From the NCBI GenBank assembly GCA_030704615.1, contig CM060733.1:32364001-32428000 (forward strand): a DNA stretch of 64,000 bases, written 5' to 3'. The notes beneath the pieces are model-generated. The model ran no database searches and was not told the DNA's origin. It saw nothing but the letters and a program-made list of their open reading frames with translations. The DNA comes from Takakia lepidozioides. Taxonomy: Eukaryota; Plantae; Bryophyta. A program made the position numbers and the translations under genes. Positions 36,127 through 49,144 of the stretch are shown here, piece by piece. The first letter of the stretch is position 1; the number at the start of each line of letters is the position of its first letter.

Positions 36127-39100
36127 TTACGCGCCGTTGATGGGCTTACTTTGAAGCTTCTTCGCAATCTGGTCTTTGAGCAAACGTCGCAGAATCTTCC
36201 CAGATGGAGACTTGGGTATGGAGCTCACAAATTCCACGTGCCGTACCTTCTTGTATGTCGCGACCTGTCCAAGAAGAGTAATTATGTGAAGGAGGGTTGT
36301 CATAACATGGTTGCATCCAAACTGCGAGATTGATCTTTCCATTGAATACTGGTCAGATCCACCAGAAGTTCCACAGAACTTCGAATTACAAGGACAGTTT
36401 TCCCTCGCCTGGACGGTCCTCCAGGGAGCTTAACTGCGAAAAGGGTTTTCTCCGAGCCGTGCTACTGTTGACTGCCATCTACGAGTCGTGCAACATTTTG
36501 ACAAAAACTTACGAAGCGTTCGGATTCGTCTTGAAAGTTACCTTGGAAGCGACAAATTTCATGACTTGTTCTTCCGAGAGCGAACTGTCAGGCTTGAGAA
36601 CCACGCAGGCCGCTGGGATCTCGCCTGCTTCTTCATCCGGTATGCTGTTGGACCCCATCCCGAAGAAATGACAGCGTTCACATGTGGAATGCCTTGTCAA
36701 AATTAGAGTGCACTGGCAACAGGGCGACCAGGTCAGATCTAATTGTCTATACTTCAACTCATAAAAGTTTTGGTCGAGATAGGAGACTTCGATATGGCCG
36801 CATAAGGGACACAAAGCTGAGAGAGAGAGCATACATGGCATGCATTGCTTATGTACAGTATTAAAATAAACCCAGAGAATGGTTTGCAGCTCCAAAGTAG
36901 CTCAATTTCTGTAGTCCTGAAGCTTCTACAGATTAACAAAATACTCACGGTACAACAGCTGCATCTACAATCGCTGGATGTGAAATCAAAATGGCCTCAA
37001 GCTCGGCTGGTGGAACCTGCCAACATACGTAGATCACAGGTCATGCATTGTGTGGATGATCAATATGTTTTCTCACGTAAAGTCACATGCCAGCTCTGAT
37101 AAGTACAATGTGCATGCAATAACAAGTTCCTCTCCTACGGTGTCGCGAAAGCTCTAGCGAAACCGATCTCAAACCACCGCAGGGATTAACATCTAGATCC
37201 ACATTTGAATATCTCATCAATTGCGCAATTGAGTAGATCACTGACCTGAAATCCCTTGTACTTGATGAGCTCTTTCACTCTCTCCACAATGAATACATCC
37301 CCATCATCGTCAATAAAGCCCACGTCGCCTGTGTGTAGCCATCCGTCCTTGTCTACAGTAGCTGCTGTGGCCACATCATTCTTGTAGTACCCTGCTTTCA
37401 AAGCGTGCCTCGCAGCAAAGCTCTCCATTAGCTTGAGCAACATTGCTTTAATTCTGCATCCCTCAGTGAAATCTCAGAAGCTCGCACTAATTATGACTTA
37501 GCTTCCAGTATTAACATGTGAATTTGAGATGAAGATGGATTCGAGAAAGGTTGACTGGGCATCACAGTTTTGTTTTCCGGTCCGTTTCTTCAATTTATAT
37601 ATGAACACTAGAGCGAATGTAGAAGTTGACCTCTCATGACGGAGACGCCACGAATGCAAATCTCTCCGGGAGTGTTCGCAGGCAACGACTTTCCAGTGTC
37701 TGTGTCCACGAATTTGAGCTGGGCGCCAGGAAGAATGTATCCCACTGAGCCTCTCTTGGCGTTGCCGCGCGCTTGGCCGGGGGCACAGTGAGAGAGTGTC
37801 ACGCAACTGTACTCCGTCAACCCATAGGCCTTTGAACACAACATGACAACAGCATCGATAGGACTTACAATCCAGGATTTACAAAACCAGGACGTGCTGA
37901 AGCAAAGATTATGTATAAAACCCTTATATCTCTTCATCCGCTGAGGGTTAGATACCCACTTAGTGGACCTCCAAATAGGCATGAGTGGAGTTCGTGTGAG
38001 CACCCGACAGAACGAAACCCATTTGAATCTTCTAGACGACAAACAACTTATCCATTGCAATCTTTCAAGACATAGATCTACTAAATTATCAGAGAGCACT
38101 AGCGTTTGCTCCTCTCACTTTCATGTATGCGTCGTCAATGCTTGCACAAGTGATTTAGAAGAGAGTGCAAAATTATACACATTTGTGACCCGCGACAAGC
38201 TTAGTGGAGGAGAGGGTCTATCGACCAAACTGTTCCGAGAATAGATGTCGTACTGTAAAGAATGGGAGAAGTTAGGAGCTTGTAACGCAGAGATTGGATA
38301 ATCGATCCGTACCTGCTGTACCTCCACACCAGGAAACTTGGCCTCGAATGCATTCTGCAGGTCTGGCCCCAGCGGTGCCGCTGCCGTCAGCACTGCTCGC
38401 AGCTTCAATTCTCTGAGGTCGAAATCGTCTACTTCGGGATTCTTGACAAGTTGTAAGATGATGGGGGGCACAATTGGAGCAAATGTAACTCCATACTTCA
38501 ACAACACTTCTAGAAATCCTCGCAACGTGAACCTGGAAGCCGCATGCATGCACCAGTTTAGAGTCTTCTTTTAGTGAGTGAAGGTTTAACGCTAATCCTG
38601 AAAACATCTACTCTTGCAGCAGTCTACATACTAGAACTTTAAAAGTCTCAGTTGCACGCACCTCTAATATCTCGCTGACACCAGTCAATGGAGGAACGAC
38701 ATGATCCAGGTTTGATGGCCTTCCTGTCTAGATGATCAAAATTATGAGCTACATTAATGATTAGATCTTCTCAACAAGGAAGGGCCTTGCCGAAGAGCCA
38801 TGCTAGGTGTTCCGATCAGAATAGATGACAGCAAATTATAGCAACAACCAGATCTTCACCAATTGAGGGGCCTCTACATTTGGGAAGGTTGCACAATACC
38901 TGGACATGGCTACCACTGTGCCTTTTATGCGCATTGTGGCACAACCAATGCTACAGATGCCGTAGATGTGGAAGAAAGGCATCAACCCCACCGCTACATT
39001 TCTCTCGGACTCAGGTCCTCCAAGATCTCGCCGTGCAGTCACAGATTTCTCAAGATCACCCATAGTTTGGCATAAATTTGAAAGAATGTTTCGGTGGGTA

Positions 39101-39705
39101 AGCATCACACCTTTAGAGACCCCAGTTGTGCCAGACGAGTATGGAAGTGCACACAAGTCATCTTGGGAGACGTCAATCGCCTGTACATTCATTCCGTCAG
39201 CTTCGAAAAGAGTTTTCAGGGAACAGGCACCCTTTGGGACATTTCCAGAAACTATCACGATTGGGAGCTCAACGTGAGCCACTTTTTCAAATGATTCTGC
39301 AGTTGCGAGGATGAGTTTCGCTTCAGAGTTCAGAACTTGTTTCGCGATCTCAAGGGGGTGAGAGGCAGGATTAGACCCTGAAAAAACTGCCCCAGCTGAC
39401 ATAATACCCAGTACTAATATGAAGTACTCAGCCATGTTGGGCAGTAGGACAAACACAACGTCTCCTTTCTTTATCCCAAATTCTTGGACGAGGCCTGCTG
39501 CCACATTGCCCACCAAGGTTTGTACTTGCCCGTACGTATATTCTCGCCCATCGGATGCATCTACAATGGCCACTCTTTCCTTAAACTTTTCCGCGTCTTG
39601 CAAAACATATTGAGGGAGCGTGAACCCGCTAGGTACAGAATGGACGGGTAGCATGCTATGAAAGACAAAGTCTTCTGATGCTGGCTTGCTATAGAGGGTG
39701 GCCAT
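36127..39705 (-). CDS. ACOS5: Acyl-CoA synthetase of the ACOS5 clade (4CL-like, sporopollenin pathway), 7 exons
   Basis: [124 protein letters not shown]. Exons ~39705-38900, 38532-38313, 37829-37630, 37391-37245, 37013-36946, 36641-36542, 36264-36127. Confidence 0.88.
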
Positions 39706-40402
39706 TTTGTCTGCCACAGCACCACACCTTGAACTGATGGACCTCCACAACTCTATGGACCTCCCAAACTCTATATGGAGATTCCGATCCTACATAAATT
39801 GCGACCAAGTCTTGAGCATGATCTCCGCAATCATTTAATCTATATTCTCATACCGGCAATGTTGAACGTAATGCTCAACTTCAATCTGCTGCAGAATGAA
39901 ACTTAAGGCCTTATTCTGCCGACGGCAACGAGCTGTTTGCGCTGATCAGCAACAGAGAACTAGAGAGAAAGAGAGAGAGAGGTTGAGGTGTGGAGGGTAG
40001 TGTGGGGATGACATCAAGTGAGCGCCATGGAAATAGAAGTGTGCTCCTCTACGACGTCGAGTGCATGAGAAGTGTGGGGGGTGGGGTGGTGAGTGTTTGG
40101 TGACAGGGACGATCCTGGCCCACTGGATGAAACCTCAATATTTATCTCACAACCATCTCCCGCTTGCCATTTTCATCCATTACCTGCAAATTTCATCCCA
40201 TTGCTACCAAGATTTTGGCCTCTGCCAAATGATAATTTTGAAAGTTAGCATGACGTAGGCTAGGATGACAGTGTACTAGGTAATTGAGATAGAGATGTCT
40301 TGACCGTATATTGAGGTTTCTTTTAATTATTGGATGGTCTAGCATTAAAAAGTTCAAAAAGTGCGTAAGGGCAAGGTTGCAGAAATCAGAACTGAACTAA
40401 AT

Positions 40403-40936
40403 TGCCACGGAACATTGAAGTGTTGTTGAGAATGACGACGATGCCAGTCCCCCTAGCCTGACTTCGCCAACACCAAGCACTCCACCTTGAAGACGATCCC
40501 ACTGGGCCACCCTGCACCTGCACCAACCCCCTCACCAAGCCCTAACCTTCCCTGCATACTGGCACTGCTCCCCTGTACTCCTGCAGCAGCCACAACCACA
40601 AGGACTAGTGAGTTGCTTGGCCCAGCCTCAAGATAGAAAAGAACTACTCTCTGGCTCTGAAACCGCGATGTTGAAGATACAAATTTGAAGCCATTAGTGA
40701 GTTGCTTCAAACCCAACCAACATAATAGTTAGAACTATCTAAGAAGTCAACTAGTGAATTATGTAGAAACTAGAACTATCTAAAAAGCCCAGGGCCTATA
40801 TTTATGGGGCCCACCGACTACACCCTATATTCATTCATGGGGCATGTGCTCCCTCTTTTTATTCATGGACCATACACGTGGCCTTACTACATACGTCCCC
40901 ACTCTAATTCTTGGACCACTCTAGGATGAACGTGGC
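40403..40936. mobile_element. Possible solo LTR
   Basis: Inverted termini TGCCACG..CGTGGC(T) and an internal CCTATATTTATGG TATA-like motif; no clear TSD. Confidence 0.35.
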
Positions 40937-43709
40937 TCTTTGACTCAGGGGGTTATTACTCTTCTCCATAAGAAAGGGGACATAGCAAACATTAGCAACT
41001 ACATACCTATTAGTTTGCTAAATGTGGCTTACAAAATAATCGCTAAGGCCCTGGCCCTTCGCATTCAACCTCTTCTCCCCTCCATGATCAGACCTGGTCA
41101 GGCAAGAGGTTTTGTTAAGGGCAGAAACATACTTGACAATGTGCTGTTAGCTCAAGAAGCAAACAACTATGCATCCAACACTGGTCAAGCTCTAACCCTC
41201 TGGTTCCTAGACTTCGAAAAGGCTTTTGATAAAGTCGACTGGTCCTTCCTGCTGGCAGTCCTATGGAAAGCAGGCCTCCCTCCCTATTTCTGTAAATGGG
41301 TGCACATTCTCTTACAAGGAGCGACCAACAGAGTCACCATAAACGGATACATGTCAAAGCCTTTTCAACTACGAAGATCGGTCAGACGGGGATGCTTGCT
41401 TGCGCCATTCCTCTTCCTCTTTGTTGCAGACGCCCTTGGCTATATGCTTCAAAGCAATCCCTTGGTGAAAGGTTTGAAACTGCAGAACCCCAGAACTGGA
41501 CATTGGAATGAGGTCAAAGATTCTATGTATAGATGATACCTTTTTGCTGCTTCATGCAGACCACCCCTCTCTTGCTGCAGCTCAAAATACCCTAGCTCAC
41601 TTCTGTGATATCTCAGGGTTCAAGGTCAACTGGTCAAAATCTAAAGCCCTGCTACTTGGAGACCTCTCTAAATCCACCATAAGAGCCTCCCCCACTTGGG
41701 GGCAACACCTTGGTCTCACATGGCTTAGAAATGGTGAGACCACCACCTTGCTAGGGCATACATTTGGGATCAACCTGACAGAGGAGCAACGTATGGGCCC
41801 CTCTATTCAAAAACTGAAACACCAGCTTGCTTACTGGGGGTCTTGCCACCTCTCTATTACTGTAGAGCGTTGGTGGCAAACCAAGTTCTACTTGCTGGGG
41901 TTTGGTACTTTGCCTCCACCTGGGGACCGGAGTCTAAATTTTTCAAAGAAATCAAGAGACTGATACGTAATTTCATCTGGGGCTCCGCATTCGCCTCTCA
42001 GAACAGAATACCTCAAGTATCTTGGGCCCAGATCTACCTCCCTAAAAAGATGGGAGGGCTAGGAGTCTTAGACCCAGAGACTCAAGTTAAGGCGCTTCTT
42101 GGGAAATGGATACCCAGATATCTGGGGCCCAAGGGAGGCTGGTGGAAGCTAATGATAGCAAACACTATCTACTCCTCCTCCCCAATGCAACGGGTTCTAT
42201 GGCCATAATCCAGCAGATGGATTGTCCAAGGATTCAATCACAAATCACTGGGCTCTCATCTTTGGTCCTCCATCTGGAAATCCTGGAATTGCTTCAGACC
42301 TTTTTTGGTGAAAAAGGAGTCGTCTTCCTTCCATGAAATCTTGCGAACACCTGTTCTTTAATGACCCTAACCCATCAATGGCTCTCCGGGGTTCCGCTAA
42401 AAGATGGGCTGCATGGGAAACTAGAGGCTTCTCCACAATTAAACATCTTTGGGACAGCTCCCCTCAATCCCTGAGAGGGGCTCTATGTGCGAATCGTCTC
42501 CATTTGGGGATACCTCTTATCATCCAATCAATCCCTGATACCTAGAAACTTATACTCAAAGATGGCCAGGACCCCCACAGACCGCATCAATGGATTCTTC
42601 CACAAAGTCCATCTTTACAAGTCATCTATGTTTCTGAAGTCTCTCCATCTACGATCTCTGGATACAGATTTCAGGCTCATGAACTTTCTGGCAGCCTCTC
42701 CCTTACTAGCTCAGACATCATCTCAATTCCAAATCAGGAAGCCATCCATGCTAGAATATGCCACTGATCTCACCGGAAAAAAACTTTAATCCTTTTGTCC
42801 TGGGGGGCATTCCCCCTGTTAAACTGGCTCAGGAAAGAATCATTCACTCTAGTCGGAAACTCGGGCATCGCATCCTTGCCGAGTGGCAGTGGACAATCAA
42901 TGGCGACATTCATCCTCTCTTCTCATACTCAGCTCGGTAGGGTTACATACCCTTACTTCGAGCCAGACCTCTCACCACAAAATGGGAAGGCAAATGGAGT
43001 CATGAGAGCTTCAACGAGGAAAATTGGAAGGGCATCTGGTCAGTAGTTTGGGAGAAGAAAAAACCTACCAAGATAAGTGCCTTTCTGTGGCAGTTAGCCA
43101 ACAAAGTCCTCAAGGTGGGCCAATACATTAATTTAAAATGTATTTGGACAGAGAACATCCCCTCCTACTGGGAAGGACACAGAAGCATGCTCTTCAGCAT
43201 CCCTAGAGTTTGAAAGATCAGAGATCAACTGGAAGCATATCAGGTCCTCCTCAACAGCGCGCCTCCACTTCCAATGTTAGAATTCTTATTTACCTGCTCT
43301 AATCCAGTCCAAAAGCTTAGCCCACTCTGGCCTCTCTCAGTCCTACTTGCTCCTTCTTCACCTTTCCCCTTCGCTGTCACCCCGTTCTGTCGCATCCCCG
43401 ATCCAACCTCTGCCAAGCTATCTTAGGGCTGGTGTCTTCTTCTAACCCTCTTCCCTCCCACTTGCTAAATTACACTCTTACTACCTTAATGCTACACTCC
43501 ACCCGCATGGATATTCTGCCGAGTGCTAGACTCTCTCCACACTTGGAGTTTCTAGTGATTTAATCACGACTTATGGTGTCTTGTTTACTGTTCTAGTTAC
43601 AGTTACTAGCTCTTCGTTATCTGGCACTGCCTCCTGTGTGACATGCCTTATGGCAGCCTTTGGCAACCGAGGGTTTTAACTTTTTTCCCTCCAATAATTA
43701 TAAATAAAG
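40937..43709 (+). mobile_element. L1-clade LINE, 5'-truncated, degenerate RT and 3' end
   Basis: ITLLHKKGD..NY.PISLLN..YKIIAKALA, LDFEKAFDKVDW, SVRRGCLLAP, GGLGVLD; A/T-rich tail near 43700. Confidence 0.9.
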
Positions 43710-44899
43710 TTCGAGCAAGGCCTCAGACCCCTTCCCTAAAAAATTAAAAAAAACAAAAAAACGTGGCCCCAATGAAACTGCTCTACATATTGGCTCAATC
43801 TGACTCTTTTGAGAGGGCGACGTGCGGGGTAGGAAGGCCCTCACGTGGCAAGGCGAGGAAGGGGGCAAGCGGGTCCCACAGCCAGGCTCTGCCCGCGTGG
43901 CGCTGGGGAGCAGGGAGTCAACGGGGAGGAGGCCGAAGGCTGTGCGCCCACGTGGCGTGGAGTACGTGGCAGGGCGGGCAGTTTTTGCCTGGGCATCCCC
44001 GGCACTATCCCTCATAGTGTCTAGGACATAGTGCCCCGGGTGCCCAAGAAGCCCAAAAAGGCCATACTAGTATACTATCCCGGGATATGGAATATTCTCG
44101 AGCCCGGGATTAAGATTCTAAAAGCCAAGGGTCTACGTATATACCATGAATTTATTTTGTATGTCTTTAAAATACAAATAACTGGTGTGTATTACTTGTA
44201 CCTAACACAGCAGGAGCAGTTTGCGCGATGGCTGGAGCTTGGAGTGCCCGAGGAGTGAGCGATACGGTTGTTGGAATTGGAGTCGTTTCGAAGAGCAGAT
44301 GAGGCTGGTTGATGGTGAGGTTGGATATCTCGTCTGTCTTGTATTCGATTCATCGAGCTGCGCTGCTGTTTCCTGGTTGTATTTGTCTGCCTCTGCTTGA
44401 AGGATGTTCATGTTCCCCATTCTCACATCTGGTTTTGGAATTCACTTTTCTCCTCTGTCGCCCTCTCGTAGGGCAATGCAACTATAATGCAACTTAGCGA
44501 CTGTAAGTAGTAGAGGAGAAAGCATAGTTTTTATCACCAAGCCTCATTGGATGACCACTGCGGAGTCTTGCTTTTTTCAACACATTGCCTGGAGCTACAG
44601 CTTGCAAGCGGGCGTAGTGGCTACGAAATCTTTGAACAGCTGGTGCATCAACCTGGAGTCCCAATCATGCTGACAAACGTTTTCCGCATTGTAAGTTAAT
44701 CCCCCAGGACTTTTACGGGCTTTATTCTGTAATACTTTGAGCCCAGGCTTCTCAGGGTTCAGTCGGAAGCCGGCCAGCCTAGGTGTCCTCAATGCAGGGT
44801 CCATAGTGTATTCAGGAGCCTCACTTTGTGTTTGTGCAAATATTGATTGGATGATACAACTAAACCTTTAGCTGACAAGTGATGTGGTGGGACAACGGC

Positions 44900-45323
44900 G
44901 CTTTATAAGGCCAAGCATCCCACTGTAATCTGCACTGATGATCCTGGCATTTTCTCGACTAGCCTTTCTCGAGAATATGCTCTGGCTGCTGCTTGTGCTG
45001 GTAAGGATTCTTTTCCAGCAGAATGTAAGGCACAACTTCCTAATTGAGACTTAGAATGACAGACTCTATGTCTTTGAACTTCATCTGCAGGCTTTCCTTG
45101 TCATGACTACATTTGGATGCTTCATGGGCAGTCTATTGATCGGTCCATACATGCTTGGCTAGACCTGACACTTGAGGAGCTAATGAAGCTGGCGAGGGAA
45201 GCAATCAAGCATACCTTTGCCGAGCCAAAATTGAAGGATACCCTTGAGCAACTCTTCGATTCAGCTGAGCTTGCACTACAACTACCACTGGCAGTGGACT
45301 CTTCAGGTGTGGGAGAAGCCTAA
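44900..45323 (+). pseudogene. 3'-terminal exons of an adenosine deaminase-like (MAPDA/ADAL) gene
   Basis: LYKAKHPTVICTDDPGIFSTSLSREYALAAACA|GTAAG, then LTLEELMKLAREAIKHTFAE..; no upstream exons. Confidence 0.75.
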
Positions 45324-45897
45324 GGGCACAGATCGCAACAATTTGATGATTTAGTGGTGCTCAAGGGTTAAGCACAACAACCAGTATTAGGTGGCAGTAT
45401 TGCCAGCATTCATTGAAGTAATTTACTTGGTCTCTAGAACCAGGTAGACATTTGCACTAGTAGCCACTTCGGCTGACAGTACATCAAAAGGCTGAGGAAG
45501 TGTTGGCAAGTTTATGTCAGAGAACACTGGTGGCACACATGGTGGCAGTATATGTTTCGTACATAAACATTTAAAGAGATTAATTGCTGAGAGGGCAACT
45601 CACAGAAAGAATGTCAATCACATTTGTACAGTACACAAACCATTCCCACCGCAGTGAAAGCTCAGTCCCAATTTTGCAAGGGAGACCACTGAGTTAAGGC
45701 GCAGAGTCTGGAAGGACTGAGGATTATTGACTTACATCAATAACCTACCAGGTTTACAATGAAAGCTGTGCCACAAAGATTGTTCCAATGTTGGCCTGCA
45801 AGATTGTAACTGTACACCCCAGTCAGCATGTGGTCAAAAGCAACTTCACCAACTCAGGCTGCAGCCCTCTCAAAGGTTCCATCCTTTGTCCAGGAAG

Positions 45898-46890
45898 CTA
45901 ACAATTGCAACAAGCGCTTGTTTCAATATACTCATTGGCTGCATTCAAGAAAATCTCCCAGCACCAAAGATCGACAGCAAGGACAGCTGAGAGGAGCAAG
46001 AGAGCGAGAGTTTGGTATCTGTTAAGCGGCCACCCCCACCCAGAGATCTCTGCCAGTGAATGCAAAAATGCGGACAGGTTCCCAGCTGGATTGAATTTGC
46101 GTGCCTTCATCAACCATGCTGTTCGCCAGCGACCAAATTGCTGACGAAGCCGACGGTCCACTGATGGTAGCCAAGAGGTCCAGTTAGATGTCCACTTAAA
46201 GACCAAGGGAGAATAAACTTAGCACTGTGAACTTCGGGAGCTGTACCCGATCCCCTTGGATCCATAGAGAGACACATATGGGACTGAACCAACATTCTGC
46301 CAACCATGGCACATCTGTAATAATCATCTGGATAAAAATCCTTTCTCATCTCTCTCTTGGGCACACCTGGACATTGGGCTAAACTTCAACTTAGTGAGTA
46401 GATTGCCTACCTCTGAACACTAAGCTGGGAAAAGGGAATCCATATGTCCAATATCTGGGCTTGAAGGTCAGGATAGTGACCACTTTCTGAGCAAGCACTG
46501 GTCTTTGAAAGCATAAAACAGGACTGGCAATGCACCCTCATTTTACTCATCATCCATCATCCACCATCCAAGCACTAGAGGAGGTGCACAGGTCTTACTC
46601 TGTAGTTATTTGCTTGGCCAGAAAGACCTTGAAAGCTCCTGCTAGATCCAGATCCAATAGCGCCTTCATCTCAGGCGATTTCTTGAGGGGTGAATGAGAT
46701 GGTGCACACACACCCTCAATCACAAACAGGCCCACTAAAGGCATGGGCATCACCCGGGAAATCCAGAACAGTTTTGCCCTCCATGGATCCAGGCCCGTAG
46801 GTGCCAGGGTGGCCCTTGTGATAGCTTTGATTGAAAATGCAGTTAGATCTCTCGCAAACGAGAAGAAAGTTTCCCCACGCTCACACTGCC
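45898..46890 (-). pseudogene. Internal and last exon fragments of a conserved uncharacterised plant protein
   Basis: ERGETFFSFARDLT..LDPWRAKLFWISRVMPMPLVGL..GAFKVFLAKQIT and WPLNRYQTLALLLLSAVLAVDLWCWE, recalled as one plant family; intervening exons are missing. Confidence 0.55.
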
Positions 46891-47263
46891 ATACAAACCA
46901 CAATGAAGAGATTCACTTACCCAACTGCAAAATAAATTGGCGTGAAGGTCGTAACAGACTGCCTTCAACCATGCTGAAACCATTTGCATTCGAAAGCAAT
47001 GTTTCTAGATATATCAGACACAAGGATGGATTCAAACGTCTTATGGATCCATTAAAAGAAAGCAAGCAACACTCCATATTGAAAATTTTGCAAAATGTGA
47101 AGAATATCTTGATGTGGTCTTTTGGTCTCAGTTTTTGAGAGAATGGAGCAAGCCTGGTTACTGTATACCTACTCAGACAGCCAACAGCAGAAAGCGTGGA
47201 GGCTGAGCTCGTTGCATTGCATTGTAGATGACATAACATGTTGATCCTGTACAGAAACTATTA

Positions 47264-47697
47264 CTAGGCAAAAACAGTGGTTTTGTTGGTGCTGTATCGC
47301 AGAATGCATTCCTCACAGTAATACTTGATGGCCTTGGCTAGGCACTGCTTTTCGAGATTCTCAGATCTTGCTGCAAACACAGCTAGACTGTCCCTGTGAG
47401 TAATCCGATCCACCTGGCACGCACAAGCAAGAGACTAGTCAATAATCTTTTCGCATCCAGCTTATGTAAATAAGCATAAAAAGAAAGAAAACTAGGAATG
47501 TCTGAAGGGGGCCAAGTGAGCTATCCAACAACTACCCTTTGATTATAACTTTTGGAGATTATATTTTTTGGAGGAGATTATATTTTTGTAAGGAAGCCAG
47601 GGAAACCTACCATTTGCTCAATGATAGGACCATCGTCGAGTTCCTCAGTAACAAAATGGCTGGTGGCACCAATCAATTTCACCCCAGCTTGGTACAC
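47264..47697 (-). pseudogene. purU: Last two exons of formyltetrahydrofolate deformylase (PurU-like)
   Basis: [29 protein letters not shown] (47697-47611), GT-AG intron, then VDRITHRDSL..RSENLEKQCLAKAIKYYCE..TTVFA* (47413-47264). Confidence 0.85.
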
Positions 47698-49144
47698 CTG
47701 CAATGTAGCATAGTCATGGTAACTTCATTTAACTTGTCGCTCACAAGCTCATTAGATTGGAAACCTGCTCTATAACAGATCTTTGCAACCCAATTGGTGC
47801 AGAATAGCTTTTCTGCCTAAGCTCATTTGTCTGCTATGGGCTTTCAAAGGAGGCGCATATGTACTACGAGGCCATACAAGGTGCACAAATTCCAAAAGTG
47901 GAACTTTGAAGAAAGTTCTAGTTCGGCTCAATTTCCACAAATTCACAATTCAGATCCAGTCATGGAACTCCAATCTCAAAACAGGTAAGGACACTAGACA
48001 GTTAAGATGCTGACCAACTCTGGCTTAGATGGCCTTGCCGGAGCGTCAGGTGCCTCTGCAACTCCAAGTGACAGCTCTCCATTGGACAAAAGCCGGAAGG
48101 CATGGTGGGTGAAAACACCTTTCTCAACAGGATCCGCTGTACAAAGCACGACCTTTCCCCACTCTGCTAATGAGGACAAATCTCTCCCAGAAAATTTTAT
48201 TTCCTCCTCCTCCAAGCTTGACAGCTTCATCCCAAAGGAATTGAGGTTTCTTGAGGGAGCCACTGCCACTCCGTCGACGCCAGATTATACAGATGCACCG
48301 GAACCTGAAGAAAAGTTACTGCCTTCATCCAGCCGCCTCGATTGTTGAACCAATTGTTCTCCCGTACTCCATGCGCCATGTTTGAAGACCTGCCCACTCA
48401 CGAGCTGTGGAGAATGCTCGCAATTCTACTCGGCCAACACTAAAGAAACCTCTTGCACACAAGCATTGGACACACACACAAAGCCCCAGACATTGAAATT
48501 GCACCAGGCATGACAGCAATCCACGCTTCAAATCTTGTGGCCTGGGATAGAGAATATTTTGGAGAATTTTAGAGTCTTAAGCCCGGGATTTTAGAATCTT
48601 GTACCGGGATTTTGGAATATTTACTAGTATGGCCTTTTTGGGCTTCCGTAGCGGGTAAAAGGAGTAGGTGTCTGTAGAGAAGCGACGGCGCAGGTTCCAG
48701 GCTGCTGTCCTGGCGTGTGCGTGTTGGAGACCTTGGATCCATGGAGACTCTGAGCCTTGGGGTGTTTCAGCGATCCTGCTTCGGATGTGGCGTATCTGAC
48801 CTGCGTTCGATTTGGGTTCGAATGCCTTCAACTGTGCGTTTTGCAAGAAGTCAGCAATTTGGGTAGCTTGGATCCGCAGGAAATATCGGTTGCTGGCGCA
48901 ACAACGAGGGAGACCGGGAGAAGAAGTGAGCACACGATCAGTGCTGTGTTGGTCACGAATTATACTCCTGTAGTCGGGGAACCGAAGATCTGATAGGCAT
49001 AGCGACAGAGGAGTTTCAGAACTCTCCGGGTTTGCGGCAGAGGAGAGGACGCTCGTGTCGGATCTTGTGTCTTTATTCTTTGGCGAGTAGGTTGTGAATT
49101 CAGGTGACAGAGGATAGTTTCGAGGGTGCTTAAAGGTAGGGATC

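Larger units (their letters stand above)
44048..48646. mobile_element. Putative Pack-type non-autonomous DNA transposon with captured exons
   Basis: Inverted repeats begin with a perfect 25-bp GAAGCCCAAAAAGGCCATACTAGTA and extend imperfectly ~80 bp. The interior holds partial exons of at least three unrelated genes. No TSD found. Confidence 0.62.
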
